Below, piece after piece: positions 20,034 to 30,273 of a stretch of DNA of 64,000 nucleotides. The stretch is taken from positions 60,706 to 124,705 of the forward strand of contig CBFGTS010000012.1 in the NCBI GenBank assembly GCA_965652295.1, in the 5' to 3' direction. The position numbers and the translations under genes are program-made. This stretch comes from an uncultured Haloferula sp. GTDB lineage: Bacteria > Verrucomicrobiota > Verrucomicrobiia > Verrucomicrobiales > Akkermansiaceae. Positions within the stretch are counted from its first letter, which is position 1. The number at the start of each line of letters is the position of its first letter. The notes beneath the pieces are model-generated. The model did not search any database. It was not told the DNA's origin and was given only the letters and a program-made list of their open reading frames with translations.

Positions 20034-21848
20034 CTATTTCCCTGCGGCGCGCTTCGAATCGTTCATGAACTCCGTCCGCAGGCGGCTCTTTTGCTCGTTG
20101 CTGATGTCCCGCAGCGTCAGGCTCTTGTCGAACTCCAGCGAGTATTCGTAGCGCAGCGAGGTCGATTTTTCCCCGGATCCCGGCGGCACTTCGAGGTCCC
20201 AGCGGAGAATGCCCTTCGGCTTTTCGAAGCGTTGGTAATCGGCGTCGGTGCTGAGCGGCTGGCTCATCTTCCCCAGTGAAACCCGCAGGCTCGTCGTGTC
20301 CTCCATGAACGGTGTCCGCTCTCGCAGACGCAGGTTCACGGGCTGGTCCTTGTAATTGTCGACCACCACCTCGGCCGTGATCTGCACCTGCCGATTGCCG
20401 CCTTGCACCGTCTCACGGCGATCGATCAGCGACCGGCGGGCCCGCAGTTGACCATCGACCCCGAAGCCCAGCGTGAACCCGCGGCCGCGGGCGATGGTCG
20501 GGATGTCCGTCCGGCCGGTGAACTCGCCATCCAAGAAGACGTTCACCTGACCGCCCAGCAAGTCGCGGCTGGTTTGGTTCGAGAGTTCCGCTTCACGGAA
20601 CACCGCGCTGGTCAGGATCGGCACCGCCACATGATAGAAATCCGCCTGCGCTTGGTCGCGCAACACCGGCACCATCTGCGGGTCGCGGCGGCTCACCAAG
20701 GTCACCGGGTTTCCCAACTCGTAGCGGATGCTCAGGTCCTCGTCCGGTGCGCCTTCGCTGATCAGCCGCAGCTCGCTCATCCGCTCGGACAGCTCGATAA
20801 GCTGCACGCTGGCCGCCGAGTCATTGGCCGCGAAATTGTCCGAAGCGACCTCATCGATCGTCTTGCCGCGCAGCTGGGAAACCATCGCCTCTTTCTTCTG
20901 GGCGATCGCCCGGTTGTAGATGTCCACGTTCGTCCCGATCTGAAGCTGCGGCACCTGGGAGCCGTCGTTGACGCCGACATAGAGCGGCGTCAGCCGCGGG
21001 TTGTAGGCGCTCGTTTTCGGCGAAGCCGTGGAGAGCGCGAGCAAGGCGTTGTTCCAATCCTCACCGCTGACCTGATGGATCATCGCATTGAACTCGATCT
21101 CGATTCCCCCGGTCTGTGAATCGCCCCGGAAATTGTAGACCGGCATCCAGCCGCAGTCCTTGACCAGATAGTTGAGCTGCAATGCCGCGCCGTCGCCGTC
21201 CGGATCGTCGAGGTAAACGATCGCATCGTAGGTGGTCGGCGGGCCGGCGGCCAGTTTAGCCCGCTCCTGTTCCAATTTACCGAGCTGCACCCGGTCATCC
21301 TCGATCTGGAAGTCGAGCCGCATGATCTCCTGCGAGGCTTTTTCGTATTCACGGAAATGCATCTGGGTCACCGCCTCAAGTTCCTTGGCCTGCAGAACCC
21401 CATGGGTCATTTCCTGGGTCGCGGCCGGTGCCACGAAATTCTCCAGGCCCCGCAGGTAATCCTGCCGGATCCGCCGCAGGGCGATCTCGTTGCGGTCGTT
21501 GGCGATCTTGTTTTTCAACCCGCGGATCGCCTGGTCGAGCTCTCCGACTTTCCCCGCCAGCACATCGGCCTCTTCCGGCGGTCGGCTTCGACAGGCCACC
21601 GAACGCACCACCGCACCCTCGACCCGATCGGCGAAGACCGAGGCGGGATCGGTAGCCGCCGGCAGCGGCCCGATCACCACCTCATAGGTTCCCTGCTGAC
21701 CGTCAGGCAATGCGACCGCACGCGTCACCAACGCGGTTCCTTGGTAGAGGGTGACCTCCCCGATCTCTCCGGCGAACCGCGCCACCTCCTGGGCGAAACA
21801 CAACCCGCCCGGAATCAGGGCAGCCGATAGCATCAAAGTCGTTTTCAT
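20034..21848 (-). CDS. Exported DUF4140/DUF4139 (MuiA-like) protein
   Basis: VTLYQGTALVTR, a coiled coil, LNYLV...GWMPVY, QVSGEDW...LSTASP and C-terminal GILRWDLEVPPG. Confidence 0.85.
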   Translation of the reverse strand: MKTTLMLSAALIPGGLCFAQEVARFAGEIGEVTLYQGTALVTRAVALPDGQQGTYEVVIGPLPAATDPASVFADRVEGAVVRSVACRSRPPEEADVLAGKVGELDQAIRGLKNKIANDRNEIALRRIRQDYLRGLENFVAPAATQEMTHGVLQAKELEAVTQMHFREYEKASQEIMRLDFQIEDDRVQLGKLEQERAKLAAGPPTTYDAIVYLDDPDGDGAALQLNYLVKDCGWMPVYNFRGDSQTGGIEIEFNAMIHQVSGEDWNNALLALSTASPKTSAYNPRLTPLYVGVNDGSQVPQLQIGTNVDIYNRAIAQKKEAMVSQLRGKTIDEVASDNFAANDSAASVQLIELSERMSELRLISEGAPDEDLSIRYELGNPVTLVSRRDPQMVPVLRDQAQADFYHVAVPILTSAVFREAELSNQTSRDLLGGQVNVFLDGEFTGRTDIPTIARGRGFTLGFGVDGQLRARRSLIDRRETVQGGNRQVQITAEVVVDNYKDQPVNLRLRERTPFMEDTTSLRVSLGKMSQPLSTDADYQRFEKPKGILRWDLEVPPGSGEKSTSLRYEYSLEFDKSLTLRDISNEQKSRLRTEFMNDSKRAAGK

Positions 21849-21929
21849 GGATTCAGACAGGCAACACGCCTGAAGCCATAAGCGCCGACTGCGCGAAATT
21901 TCGTGCAAATGCTCTGCGAGACGTCGCGC

Positions 21930-23189
21930 CTATCTCACCAGCCCCTCGCCGCGGACCCGGTATTGGTAGCTGGTCAGTTCGCGGAGCCCCATCGGGCCGC
22001 GGGCGTGGAGTTTTTCGGTGGAAATCCCGATCTCCGCGCCGAAGCCGAACTCGCCACCGTCGGCGAAACGCGTGGAGACGTTGTGGAAGACGCAGGCGGA
22101 GTCGACCGCGGAAAGGAACTTCTCCGCCGCCGCCTGGTCGGCGGTGACGATGCAGTCGGAGTGATGCGAACCGTAGGTGTTGATGTGAGCCACCGCGTCG
22201 TCGAGTGAATCGACGACTTTGATCGAGAGGATCAGGTCGAGGTATTCGGTCACCCAGTCCTCATCGGTCGCGGGTTCGCAGTCGAGGATCGCGCGGGTCC
22301 GCTCGCAGCCACGCAGTTCGACGCCCTTCGCCCGCAGGGCCTCGGCCACCTTCGGCAGGAACGTTTCCGCGACGGACCGGTGGACCAGCAGGGTTTCCAG
22401 CGCGTTGCAGACGCCGGGTTTGTGGGTCTTGGCGTTGACGGTGATCTCGACCCCCATGTCGGGATCGGCGGCGGCATCGATGTAGGTGTGGCAGATGCCG
22501 TCGTAGTGCTTGATGACCGGCATGCGGGCCTGGGCGACGACCGTCTCGATCAGCCCGCGACCGCCGCGGGGGATGATGACATCGAGCCATTTGTCCATGG
22601 CGCACAGCGCCGAAACGCTGGAGCGGTCGGTGAACGGAATGAGCTGGATGGCGTGCTCGGGCAACCCGGCCGCTTCGCCGGCCTTGGTCAGCACTTCGGC
22701 GATCGCCCGGTTGGAATGGATCGCCTCCGAGCCGCCGCGGAGGATGGTCGCGTTGCCGGTCTTGAGGCAGAGCACGGCAGCATCGCTGGTGACGTTGGGG
22801 CGGCTCTCGTAGATGATCCCGATGGTGCCGATGGGCACGCGGACCTGTTCAAGGCGCATGCCGTTCGGGCGGGTCCAGGTTTCCATGACCTGGCCGACGG
22901 GATCGGCCAGCGCGGCCACCTCGGCCACACCCGCGGCCATGGCTTCGATGCGTTTCTCGTCGAGCCGCAACCGGTCGATCATCGCGCCGCTGAGGCCCTT
23001 CGCTGCGGCGGCTTCGAGGTCCTTCGCGTTCGCTTCGATCAGCTCGGGGACAGCCGCGCGGATCCCCTCGGCCATCGCCAGGAGAACGGCGTTCTTTTCC
23101 TCGCTGGTGAGCTGGGAAAGGCGGTAGGACGCGGCCCGCGCCTGGCGGGCCAGAATTTCGATGGAGGAGCGGATCTCTTCTTCGTTCAT
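21930..23189 (-). CDS. proA: Gamma-glutamyl phosphate reductase
   Basis: IIYESRPNVT, IIPRGG, VCNALETLL and GFGAEIGISTEKLHARGPMGL. Confidence 0.97.
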   Translation of the reverse strand: MNEEEIRSSIEILARQARAASYRLSQLTSEEKNAVLLAMAEGIRAAVPELIEANAKDLEAAAAKGLSGAMIDRLRLDEKRIEAMAAGVAEVAALADPVGQVMETWTRPNGMRLEQVRVPIGTIGIIYESRPNVTSDAAVLCLKTGNATILRGGSEAIHSNRAIAEVLTKAGEAAGLPEHAIQLIPFTDRSSVSALCAMDKWLDVIIPRGGRGLIETVVAQARMPVIKHYDGICHTYIDAAADPDMGVEITVNAKTHKPGVCNALETLLVHRSVAETFLPKVAEALRAKGVELRGCERTRAILDCEPATDEDWVTEYLDLILSIKVVDSLDDAVAHINTYGSHHSDCIVTADQAAAEKFLSAVDSACVFHNVSTRFADGGEFGFGAEIGISTEKLHARGPMGLRELTSYQYRVRGEGLVR

Positions 23190-23950
23190 GCTTGGACGGG
23201 GAAGCGGGTGGAAATGCCGGACTCGCCCGCGAGGATGCCGGCCAGCCGTTCGGGTTTGCGACCGTGGGCGATGTGGACCTCGATCCCGGCGGCCACCGCG
23301 CCGCGCACGGCGGCGAGCTTGGTGGCCATGCCGCCGATGGAAAACCGGCCCTTCTCGTTTTTCACCATCGACTCGATCCCCTCCAGCTCGCGCACTTCCG
23401 GAACCAGTTCGTTGGTCGCGGGATCGAGCAGGCCATCGACGCTGGTCAACAGGATCAACCGGTCGGCACCGACCAACTGCGCGACGCTTGAGGAAAGCAT
23501 GTCGTTGTCGCCGACGCGCAGCTCTTCGACGGCGACGGAGTCGTTTTCATTGATGATCGGAACGATACCCGGCTCGGAAAGCAGGCGCGCGAGCGTGTTC
23601 TTGACGTTGGCGGCACGCTCGGTGCCGTTGAGGTCATCGCCGGAAAGCAGGACTTGGGCGACGGACAGGTTGAAGTTCCGGAACAGGTTCTCGTAAGTGT
23701 GCATCAGCCGGGCCTGGCCGACGGCTGCGCAAGCCTGACGGGTCGTCAGGTCGGAAGGATAAGCGCCCAGCCCGAAGGCGGAGACGCCCGCCCCCACCGC
23801 GCCGGAGCTGACCAACAGACAGCGGCTGCCCTGTTCCATCAACCCGGCGATCGCGGTGACCAGCCGGACCAGCGAGCCGCCATCCAGCGTGCCATCGCTG
23901 ACGCGGGTGAGGACTCCGGTGCCTGCCTTGATGACGGTGAGCGAGTTCAT
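23186..23950 (-). CDS. proB: Glutamate 5-kinase without a PUA domain
   Basis: VIKAGT, VSSGAV, AAVGQ, PIINENDSV, GDNDMLS and GGMATKL. 4-nt overlap with proA. Confidence 0.93.
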   Translation of the reverse strand: MNSLTVIKAGTGVLTRVSDGTLDGGSLVRLVTAIAGLMEQGSRCLLVSSGAVGAGVSAFGLGAYPSDLTTRQACAAVGQARLMHTYENLFRNFNLSVAQVLLSGDDLNGTERAANVKNTLARLLSEPGIVPIINENDSVAVEELRVGDNDMLSSSVAQLVGADRLILLTSVDGLLDPATNELVPEVRELEGIESMVKNEKGRFSIGGMATKLAAVRGAVAAGIEVHIAHGRKPERLAGILAGESGISTRFPVQA

Positions 23951-24062
23951 GTCGGGAAGAGGAGAAAGGGGCGGCAGGAAACACCCGACCGCCCCCATCC
24001 GCCAACGCAATTCTTAGCAGCCCCGGCTTGCCCGGCACGCGCTCCGGTCCTAAACGCGCGGC

Positions 24063-24500
24063 ATGGCCACATTTCCACCACGCGGCGACAAGAAGGAGAT
24101 CGAGGAAGGCGGCGACTTCACCCCGAAGTTTGATGCCGACGGGCTCATTCCCGCCATGGCGATTGATGCGACGACCCGCGAGCCGCTGATGCTCGCCTAC
24201 ATGAACGAGCAGTCCCTCAAACTGACCCTGGAGAAGGGCGAGGCCGTCTATTGGTCCCGCAGCCGCCAGGAAATCTGGCACAAGGGCGCGACCTCGGGGC
24301 ATGTGCAGAAGATCCGCGAAATCCGCACCGACTGCGATCAGGATGCGCTGGTTCTCTACGTCGAGCAGTTCGGCGAGGGTGCCTGCCACACCGGCCGCAG
24401 CGGCTGCTTTTACCGCCGCGTCGACACCCCGGAAACCAAACTCTCCTTCACCGAAGAAGGCCGCCGTTTCGACCCGGACGCGGTTTACGGGAAGAAGTGA
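24063..24500 (+). CDS. hisI: Phosphoribosyl-AMP cyclohydrolase
   Basis: YWSRSRQEIWHKGATSGH, DCDQD and ACHTGRSGCFY. Confidence 0.95.
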   Translation: MATFPPRGDKKEIEEGGDFTPKFDADGLIPAMAIDATTREPLMLAYMNEQSLKLTLEKGEAVYWSRSRQEIWHKGATSGHVQKIREIRTDCDQDALVLYVEQFGEGACHTGRSGCFYRRVDTPETKLSFTEEGRRFDPDAVYGKK

Positions 24501-24545
24501 CGGAGCCCCCAGAACCCAGGGAGCAGGATGCACGGGACGCATGTC

Positions 24546-24569
24546 TAGAGCGCGGCGATTCATCGCCGC
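24546..24569 (+). repeat. REP-like palindrome (stem-TTCA-stem)
   Basis: TAGAGC-GCGGCGA-TTCA-TCGCCGC downstream of hisI. Shares the TTCA loop with other intergenic hairpins in the window. Confidence 0.45.
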
Positions 24570-24670
24570 CGCCCAAATGCCGATTCCATCGATCCAAAAT
24601 ATCCCATCCATCCCGGTTCCGCTTCCTTTACAGCCCGCCAGTTCTGAGGAAATTTCACTCAATTTCGCGA

Positions 24671-24699
24671 TTGCAAACGCGGGAGCGTTCCTCTAGTTC
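24671..24699 (+). promoter_or_regulatory. Putative sigma70 promoter for rplS
   Basis: TTGCAA-17-TAGTTC. A strong Shine-Dalgarno (AGGAGG) precedes the ATG at 24759. Confidence 0.55.
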
Positions 24700-24758
24700 T
24701 CCCGCCCCTCGCGCCGGGCAGGCGCCAGATCACCATTTTTCAAGACAGGAGGACCGCC

Positions 24759-25103
24759 ATGGACATCATCAGCAAGATCGAGCAGGAGCAGCTTAAGCAG
24801 GACGTCACCGACTTCAACGTGGGCGACACCGTGAAGGTCCACACCCGCGTCGTGGAAGGCGGCAAGGAACGCATCCAGATCTTCGCCGGCATCGTGATCG
24901 CCAAGCGTGGCTCGGGCGTGAACGCCTCCTTCACCGTCCGCAAGATTTCCTACGGCGAAGGCGTCGAGCGCGTGTTCCCGGTCCACACCCCGCGCATCTC
25001 CAAGATCGAGGTGACTCATAAAGGCAAGGTCCGCCGCGCCAAGCTCCACTACCTCCGCACCCGCGTCGGCAAAAAGGCCACCGCGGTCAAGAGCGCCAGC
25101 TGA
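24759..25103 (+). CDS. rplS: 50S ribosomal protein L19
   Basis: [35 protein letters not shown] and [12 protein letters not shown]. Confidence 0.98.
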   Translation: MDIISKIEQEQLKQDVTDFNVGDTVKVHTRVVEGGKERIQIFAGIVIAKRGSGVNASFTVRKISYGEGVERVFPVHTPRISKIEVTHKGKVRRAKLHYLRTRVGKKATAVKSAS

Positions 25104-25127
25104 TCCCGGCCGGTTCTGATTTTCCCC

Positions 25128-25167
25128 AGCGCGCCAACGGTCCGTCCGTTGGCGCGCTTTTCATTTT
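25128..25167 (+). terminator. Intrinsic terminator after rplS
   Basis: 13-bp stem AGCGCGCCAACGG/CCGTTGGCGCGCT followed by TTTCATTTT. Confidence 0.85.
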
Positions 25168-25218
25168 CCCCGCTGCAATCTGCTTGGCGATCGCGGGGGG
25201 CTCGCGAATGCTCCGCGC

Positions 25219-26145
25219 GTGCGCCGGATTCCCCTATGGATCGTCCTTCTCCTCAGCACCGCCGTGGTGGCGGGAGTCTGGTTTGCAGGCACGAGGCCAT
25301 ATGATTTCCTCGCTCCTCCGACGGAAAAGGAAATCGCCCGCGCCAAGGCCAGGGCCACACAGGAAATGGCCCGCCCGTCCGACCTCTTCGCGCTGCCCCC
25401 GGTGATTCCCGAGCCGGTGGTTCAGGAGGAACCCGAGTCTCCCGTGGCCCCCGAGCCCCCACCGCCGCCCAGCCTACCGCTCGACGACCTGCCCGATCCT
25501 CTGCCTCAGGATTTCTGGGCGGACCTGTCCGACTACCCTGCCGTTTCCTTCCTCCTTGCCGGCGGGCAGCTCGAAGTGAAGACCCGGGCCCGCGAGGCGC
25601 TCACGGCCTACGAGCGGGTCATCGACCATTCCTCCGCTTCCGAGGAGGAGATCGAGACGGCAGTCAAAGGCATCCGCCGCAACCGGGCTCTGATCGCCAT
25701 CCCTGCGGAGGCGACCGAGGACGCGCCAAAGGTGAAGCTCCGCGTGCGCACGCCTCCCGGGCAGGTCGACGTCACCCGCCGGGCCGCCCGCCTCACCGCG
25801 GAGTCGCTCGCCCAAGCGTCGTTCCGCCAACTTCGTTTCGAGGCCTGGATCACCGCCGATCGCGGAAAACAAGACCACCTCACCCTTATTCTGGAGCGTC
25901 CCGACGAAGAGGAACCCGCCTCGGCCGAGATCCCCGTGACAGGTGATGTCGAAGCGCTCCGCCACGCGATGCTGGCCGCCTCCTACCGGATCGTTGCCTC
26001 CGCACTCGCGCTCGACTCCCGCCTGAGCCCGATCTCTCAACCGGCGGAAGGCGAGCCGCCCGACGATTCCCTCTCCACCCGGATCACCCGGCGGGCATGG
26101 TCGCATTACGCGTCCGGCGGAAAGCCTGAACCGGAGAATCCCTGA
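25219..26145 (+). CDS. Membrane-anchored hypothetical protein with a Pro-rich linker
   Basis: GTG start, one N-terminal TM helix, PEPPPPP linker, then a helical domain. Confidence 0.7.
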   Translation: MRRIPLWIVLLLSTAVVAGVWFAGTRPYDFLAPPTEKEIARAKARATQEMARPSDLFALPPVIPEPVVQEEPESPVAPEPPPPPSLPLDDLPDPLPQDFWADLSDYPAVSFLLAGGQLEVKTRAREALTAYERVIDHSSASEEEIETAVKGIRRNRALIAIPAEATEDAPKVKLRVRTPPGQVDVTRRAARLTAESLAQASFRQLRFEAWITADRGKQDHLTLILERPDEEEPASAEIPVTGDVEALRHAMLAASYRIVASALALDSRLSPISQPAEGEPPDDSLSTRITRRAWSHYASGGKPEPENP

Positions 26146-26203
26146 GATTCCTCAAAGAGTCCGCTGGACGGAAACGTTGAGGTGTCGTTCGGTCAAACGC
26201 GTG

Positions 26204-26947
26204 ATGAAACCCGGCTTGTTGCTGATCCTCCCCCTCTGGACCACTCTCCCGCTCGCGGCGGAAGGGCCGGATCGCGCACCGGTCGAACCCACCACCCTGC
26301 CGGCACCCGATCAAGCCGTCGCCCCTACCGAGCCCGCCTTGGAAAAACTCGACGACGGGCGGATGCGACTCGGCAAGATCGAGTTCAATCCCAAAACCCG
26401 TGAGATCCGTTTCCCGGCCCGGATCAACCAGACCGAAGGCCTGCTGGAGTTCCTCCTCGTCCATGAGAACGGCAAGATCCACGAATCGCTCCTGGCCACC
26501 GACATTTCCGCAGTGAACCTGAACGTCGTGCTCAAGCTTCTGCACTACAAGGCGTCGCGTGAACTCTATCAAAAGATCAAGGAGGACGGCAGCCTCTCCT
26601 CCGAGTTCGAACCGACGACTGAAGAAGCCAAAACGGGCTCGCGGCTGAAAGTGCTCGTCTCCAAAGACGACTCGAAGGCGGTCCCGGTGAACGAGTGGAT
26701 TTCCCATGCTCCAACCGAGAAACCCATGCCGGCCGCCCCATGGATTTACGGAGGCTCATCCTTCAACCAAGGCCGCTTCCTCGCCGAGAGTTCCGGCGAC
26801 CTCTTCGCCATCTTCCTCAGCAACTCCGCGCTGGTGAACTTTTCCGGCAAGGACAACCAGGACGACAACGTCTGGTTGCCCCACCCCACCCGCGTGCCCG
26901 AAGTCGGCGCGCCGGTCACCGTCATCCTTCAACCCTACGATCCATGA
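26204..26947 (+). CDS. Exported YdjY-like domain protein
   Basis: Signal peptide. GLLEFLLV...GKIHESLL..D...LNVVL.LL and WIYGGS motifs resemble the YdjY domain (from memory). Confidence 0.65.
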   Translation: MKPGLLLILPLWTTLPLAAEGPDRAPVEPTTLPAPDQAVAPTEPALEKLDDGRMRLGKIEFNPKTREIRFPARINQTEGLLEFLLVHENGKIHESLLATDISAVNLNVVLKLLHYKASRELYQKIKEDGSLSSEFEPTTEEAKTGSRLKVLVSKDDSKAVPVNEWISHAPTEKPMPAAPWIYGGSSFNQGRFLAESSGDLFAIFLSNSALVNFSGKDNQDDNVWLPHPTRVPEVGAPVTVILQPYDP

Positions 26948-28101
26948 AAACCCTGCTCGCCACCGCCCTCGTCGCCGTCGCCGTGCCCGTCCTCGCCCAG
27001 GACGCGCGGCCGAATCCCTACCTTTCCCTCCAGCAGGAGATGAAGCTGGCCATTTCCCGCGGCAACGATTGGCTGGCCAAACAGCAGAAAGAGGAGGGCT
27101 GGTGGGACACCCAGGATCTCCCGGCCCTCACCGCGCTCCCGCTCACGGCCGCCGTCCGCGATCCCTCGCTCGATCTCTCCAAAGAACTGCCCGAGCACCT
27201 CGCGAAAGGCTTCGAGTGGCTCAAGGCGCAGCAGAAAGACGACGGAGGCATCTACAACAAAGGGCTCGGCGTCTACAACACCGCCACGGCCGTCACCGCT
27301 CTCACCGCCGCCGAACGCGAGATCTACGAGCCCGCCATCGTCCGCGGCCGCGGGTACTTGATCGGAGAACAGTGGGACATCGGCAAGCCAAAGGAAACCG
27401 ACAACAAGAACGATGGCGGCATCGGCTACGGGTCTCACAACGACCGCACCGATCTTTCCAACACCTACCTCGCCCTTGAGGCGCTCGCACTCTCGAAAAA
27501 GGTCGTGGAAGACGGTCGGTTCGGCGATCAACCCCAACTCGATTGGGACGCGGCCATCACTTTCCTTTCCCGCTGCCAGAATCTGGAGGAAACCAACGAC
27601 CAGGAGTGGGCCTCCGACGATCCACAGAACAAGGGCGGCTTCATCTACACGCCGGGCGATTCCAAGGCGGGCGAGATGGAGCTTCCCGACGGACGCACCG
27701 CACTGCGCTCTTACGGCTCCATCTCCTATGCCGGGCTGCTTTCCCTCATCTACGCCAAGCTCGAGCCATCCGATCCGCGCGTGAAAGCCGTCAAGGAATG
27801 GGCCGGCAAGAACTGGACGCTTGAGGAAAACCCCGGCATGGGCTTGGAAGGTCTCTACTACTATTACCAAGCCATGGCCAAGGCGCTCTCCGCGGCAAAC
27901 ATCGACAAGCTCCCGCTCGAGGACGGCGGCGCGGTCGATTGGCGCAAGGAACTCGCCGGCAAGCTACTCGCCACCCAGCGCGAGGACGGATCGTGGGTGA
28001 ATTCCAACGGCCGCTGGATGGAATCGAATCCCGTGCTCGTCACCGCCTACACCGTCATGGCGCTGGAACAGATCTACCACTCGATCCCCGGCAAACCCTG
28101 A
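26944..28101 (+). CDS. Exported prenyltransferase/squalene-oxidase-repeat (alpha/alpha barrel) protein
   Basis: QW-like repeats WLAKQQKEEGWW, WLKAQQKDDGG, FLSRCQ, GGFIY and LLATQREDGSW. Signal peptide ending VLA-QD. ATGA overlap with the previous gene. Confidence 0.85.
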   Translation: MKTLLATALVAVAVPVLAQDARPNPYLSLQQEMKLAISRGNDWLAKQQKEEGWWDTQDLPALTALPLTAAVRDPSLDLSKELPEHLAKGFEWLKAQQKDDGGIYNKGLGVYNTATAVTALTAAEREIYEPAIVRGRGYLIGEQWDIGKPKETDNKNDGGIGYGSHNDRTDLSNTYLALEALALSKKVVEDGRFGDQPQLDWDAAITFLSRCQNLEETNDQEWASDDPQNKGGFIYTPGDSKAGEMELPDGRTALRSYGSISYAGLLSLIYAKLEPSDPRVKAVKEWAGKNWTLEENPGMGLEGLYYYYQAMAKALSAANIDKLPLEDGGAVDWRKELAGKLLATQREDGSWVNSNGRWMESNPVLVTAYTVMALEQIYHSIPGKP

Positions 28102-28166
28102 GCCGCGCCCCCGCGCTCTAGCAGATCGGCGCTCGCGTTTCGCGCCGCGTGAGGCATCTTGAGGGC

Positions 28167-28751
28167 ATGACCTTCGCCAGCAAGATCACCCTCGGCCGCA
28201 TCGCCCTGGTGCCGGTGTTTGCGGTGTTCGTGGCGAAATACGGGCTCAGCGTCGCCGCCGGAGCCCCCGTGGAAGCCTGGCGGTGGACCGCTCTCGGCCT
28301 CTTCATTTTCGCAGCCGGAACCGATGGCGTGGATGGATGGGTGGCGCGGCGTTTCCATCAGCGCTCGAAATTCGGTGCCTTCATCGACCCGCTGGCGGAC
28401 AAGTTCCTGCTCATCACCGCCATCGTTTTCCTCAGCGCCTTCCCGTGGGGACGGGATGACTGGCGCATCCCCGTCTGGTTCGCCTGGCTGGTGATCCTGC
28501 GGGACGCCCTGATCGTCCTCGGCATCATCCTGGTGAAACGCGTGGCCCGCCACGTCCACTACTCCCCGCGCTGGACCGGCAAGGTCTGCACCGTGACCCA
28601 GATGATCGCCGTCGGCTGGGTCATGCTCAAGGTGAAGCTGCTGCCGCCCGACTATCCCTGTGCGCTCGCCGCGGTTTTCACCGTCTGGTCCGGCTACCAC
28701 TACTTTCTGGAAGCCCGGCGGCAGATGCTCGCCGCGGGAAACACCGGCTAA
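28167..28751 (+). CDS. CDP-alcohol phosphatidyltransferase (PgsA-like)
   Basis: Signature TDGVDGWVARRFHQRSKFGAFIDPLADK. Confidence 0.9.
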   Translation: MTFASKITLGRIALVPVFAVFVAKYGLSVAAGAPVEAWRWTALGLFIFAAGTDGVDGWVARRFHQRSKFGAFIDPLADKFLLITAIVFLSAFPWGRDDWRIPVWFAWLVILRDALIVLGIILVKRVARHVHYSPRWTGKVCTVTQMIAVGWVMLKVKLLPPDYPCALAAVFTVWSGYHYFLEARRQMLAAGNTG

Positions 28752-28791
28752 TCCCCTTGCCGTCCTCGTCGCCCTCGCCTAAGCCCCGTCC

Positions 28792-30174
28792 ATGCCTTCG
28801 GTCGCCATTGTCGGACGCCCCAACGTGGGGAAATCCGCGCTCTTCAACCGCCTCGCCAAACGGAGGATCGCCATCGTCCACGATCAGCCCGGGGTCACGC
28901 GCGACCGATTGTCGGCGCCCTGCATGGCGACGAAGACGCCGTGCCAGGTCATCGATACCGGTGGCATCGGCGCCACACTCGACGACGGCTTCGCTCAGCA
29001 GGTCGCGTTGGAGGCCGATATCGCCATCCAAACAGCCGACCTGATCCTCTTCGTCGTCGATGCCCAGGAAGGCCTCACGCCGATCGACCGCGCCTTGGCC
29101 CAGAAGCTCCGCAAGGCGGACCGAACGGTGCTGATGGTCATCAACAAGGTCGATGATCCGAAACACGAGTCGGCCTACATGGAAATGTCGGCCCTCGGCC
29201 TCGGCGAAGGCATCTTCGTTTCCGCCGAGCACGGCCGGAACATGCACGCGCTCATCGACGAGATCGACCGCCACATGAGCCCCCTCGTCGGCGAAATCGA
29301 AGAAGCCGCCGAAGTCGCGGAAAAGGCCGGCATCAAGCTGACCATCGTCGGCAAGCCCAACGCCGGCAAATCCTCGCTCGTCAACGCCATCCTCAAGGAC
29401 GAGCGGACCATCGTCTCGGAAATCGCCGGCACCACCCGCGATGCCGTCGATCTCCCCTACACCTTCGAGGGCGAGCAGTTCACCTTGATCGACACCGCCG
29501 GTCTCCGCCCCCGCGGCCGGCGCGACTCTTCCGTGGAGGTGTTTTCCGCGATGCGCACGGAAAAGGCCATCCGCCGGGCCGACCTTTGCATCCTCGTCGT
29601 CGACCTGGCTGCCGGAGTGAGCGCGCAGGACCGGAAAATCGCCCAGCTCATCCTCAAGGAGAAGAAGCCCTGCCTGATCGTCCTCAACAAATTCGACCTC
29701 TTCCACCCCGGCGCACCTCAAAAGCACCGCCAGAAGGAGGCCGAAGAGCAGGTCCGTCGCGAACTGTTCTTCCTCCACTACGCCCCCTTCGTCTGCGTTT
29801 CCGCCAAGGAAGGCACCGCCGTCCACCACGTCCTCAAGGAGGCGATCAAGATCCGCAACACGGCGCGTAAGATCCCCACCACCGGCGTGCTCAACCGCAT
29901 GCTCCAGCTCGCCTTCCAGACGAATCCGCCACCGACCATCGGCAAGAGCACCAAGCGCTTGAAGCTCTACTACGCCACCACCGCCATCAACGAGCGCTAT
30001 GCCGTGGTGCCCGTGCCGACCTTCGTTCTCTTCGTGAACGACAAGGCGCTGATCACCTCCAGCTACGAGCAGTATCTCACCAACAAGCTCCGCCAGGAAC
30101 ACCCCTCTCCCGGCATCCCGGTGGTCTTCTCCGTGCGCTCACGCCGCCGGGAGGAACGGGATCATCATGGCTGA
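28792..30174 (+). CDS. der: Ribosome biogenesis GTPase Der (EngA)
   Basis: Two G domains: GRPNVGKS/DTGG/NKVD and GKPNAGKS/DTAG/NKFD. KH-like C-terminus. Confidence 0.96.
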   Translation: MPSVAIVGRPNVGKSALFNRLAKRRIAIVHDQPGVTRDRLSAPCMATKTPCQVIDTGGIGATLDDGFAQQVALEADIAIQTADLILFVVDAQEGLTPIDRALAQKLRKADRTVLMVINKVDDPKHESAYMEMSALGLGEGIFVSAEHGRNMHALIDEIDRHMSPLVGEIEEAAEVAEKAGIKLTIVGKPNAGKSSLVNAILKDERTIVSEIAGTTRDAVDLPYTFEGEQFTLIDTAGLRPRGRRDSSVEVFSAMRTEKAIRRADLCILVVDLAAGVSAQDRKIAQLILKEKKPCLIVLNKFDLFHPGAPQKHRQKEAEEQVRRELFFLHYAPFVCVSAKEGTAVHHVLKEAIKIRNTARKIPTTGVLNRMLQLAFQTNPPPTIGKSTKRLKLYYATTAINERYAVVPVPTFVLFVNDKALITSSYEQYLTNKLRQEHPSPGIPVVFSVRSRRREERDHHG

Positions 30175-30273
30175 TGTGCGCCTCGCCGGCGCGGCGCGTC
30201 CCTACCAAATCTGACGGATCGCCAAAAAAATCCGTGCTCACCGGCGTCCATCCGTGGTTCCTGAAGGCACAGC

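Noticed and set aside
23186..23950. Short proB as a possible pseudogene
   Set aside because: The kinase domain is complete and coupled to proA. PUA-less glutamate 5-kinases are a known form.
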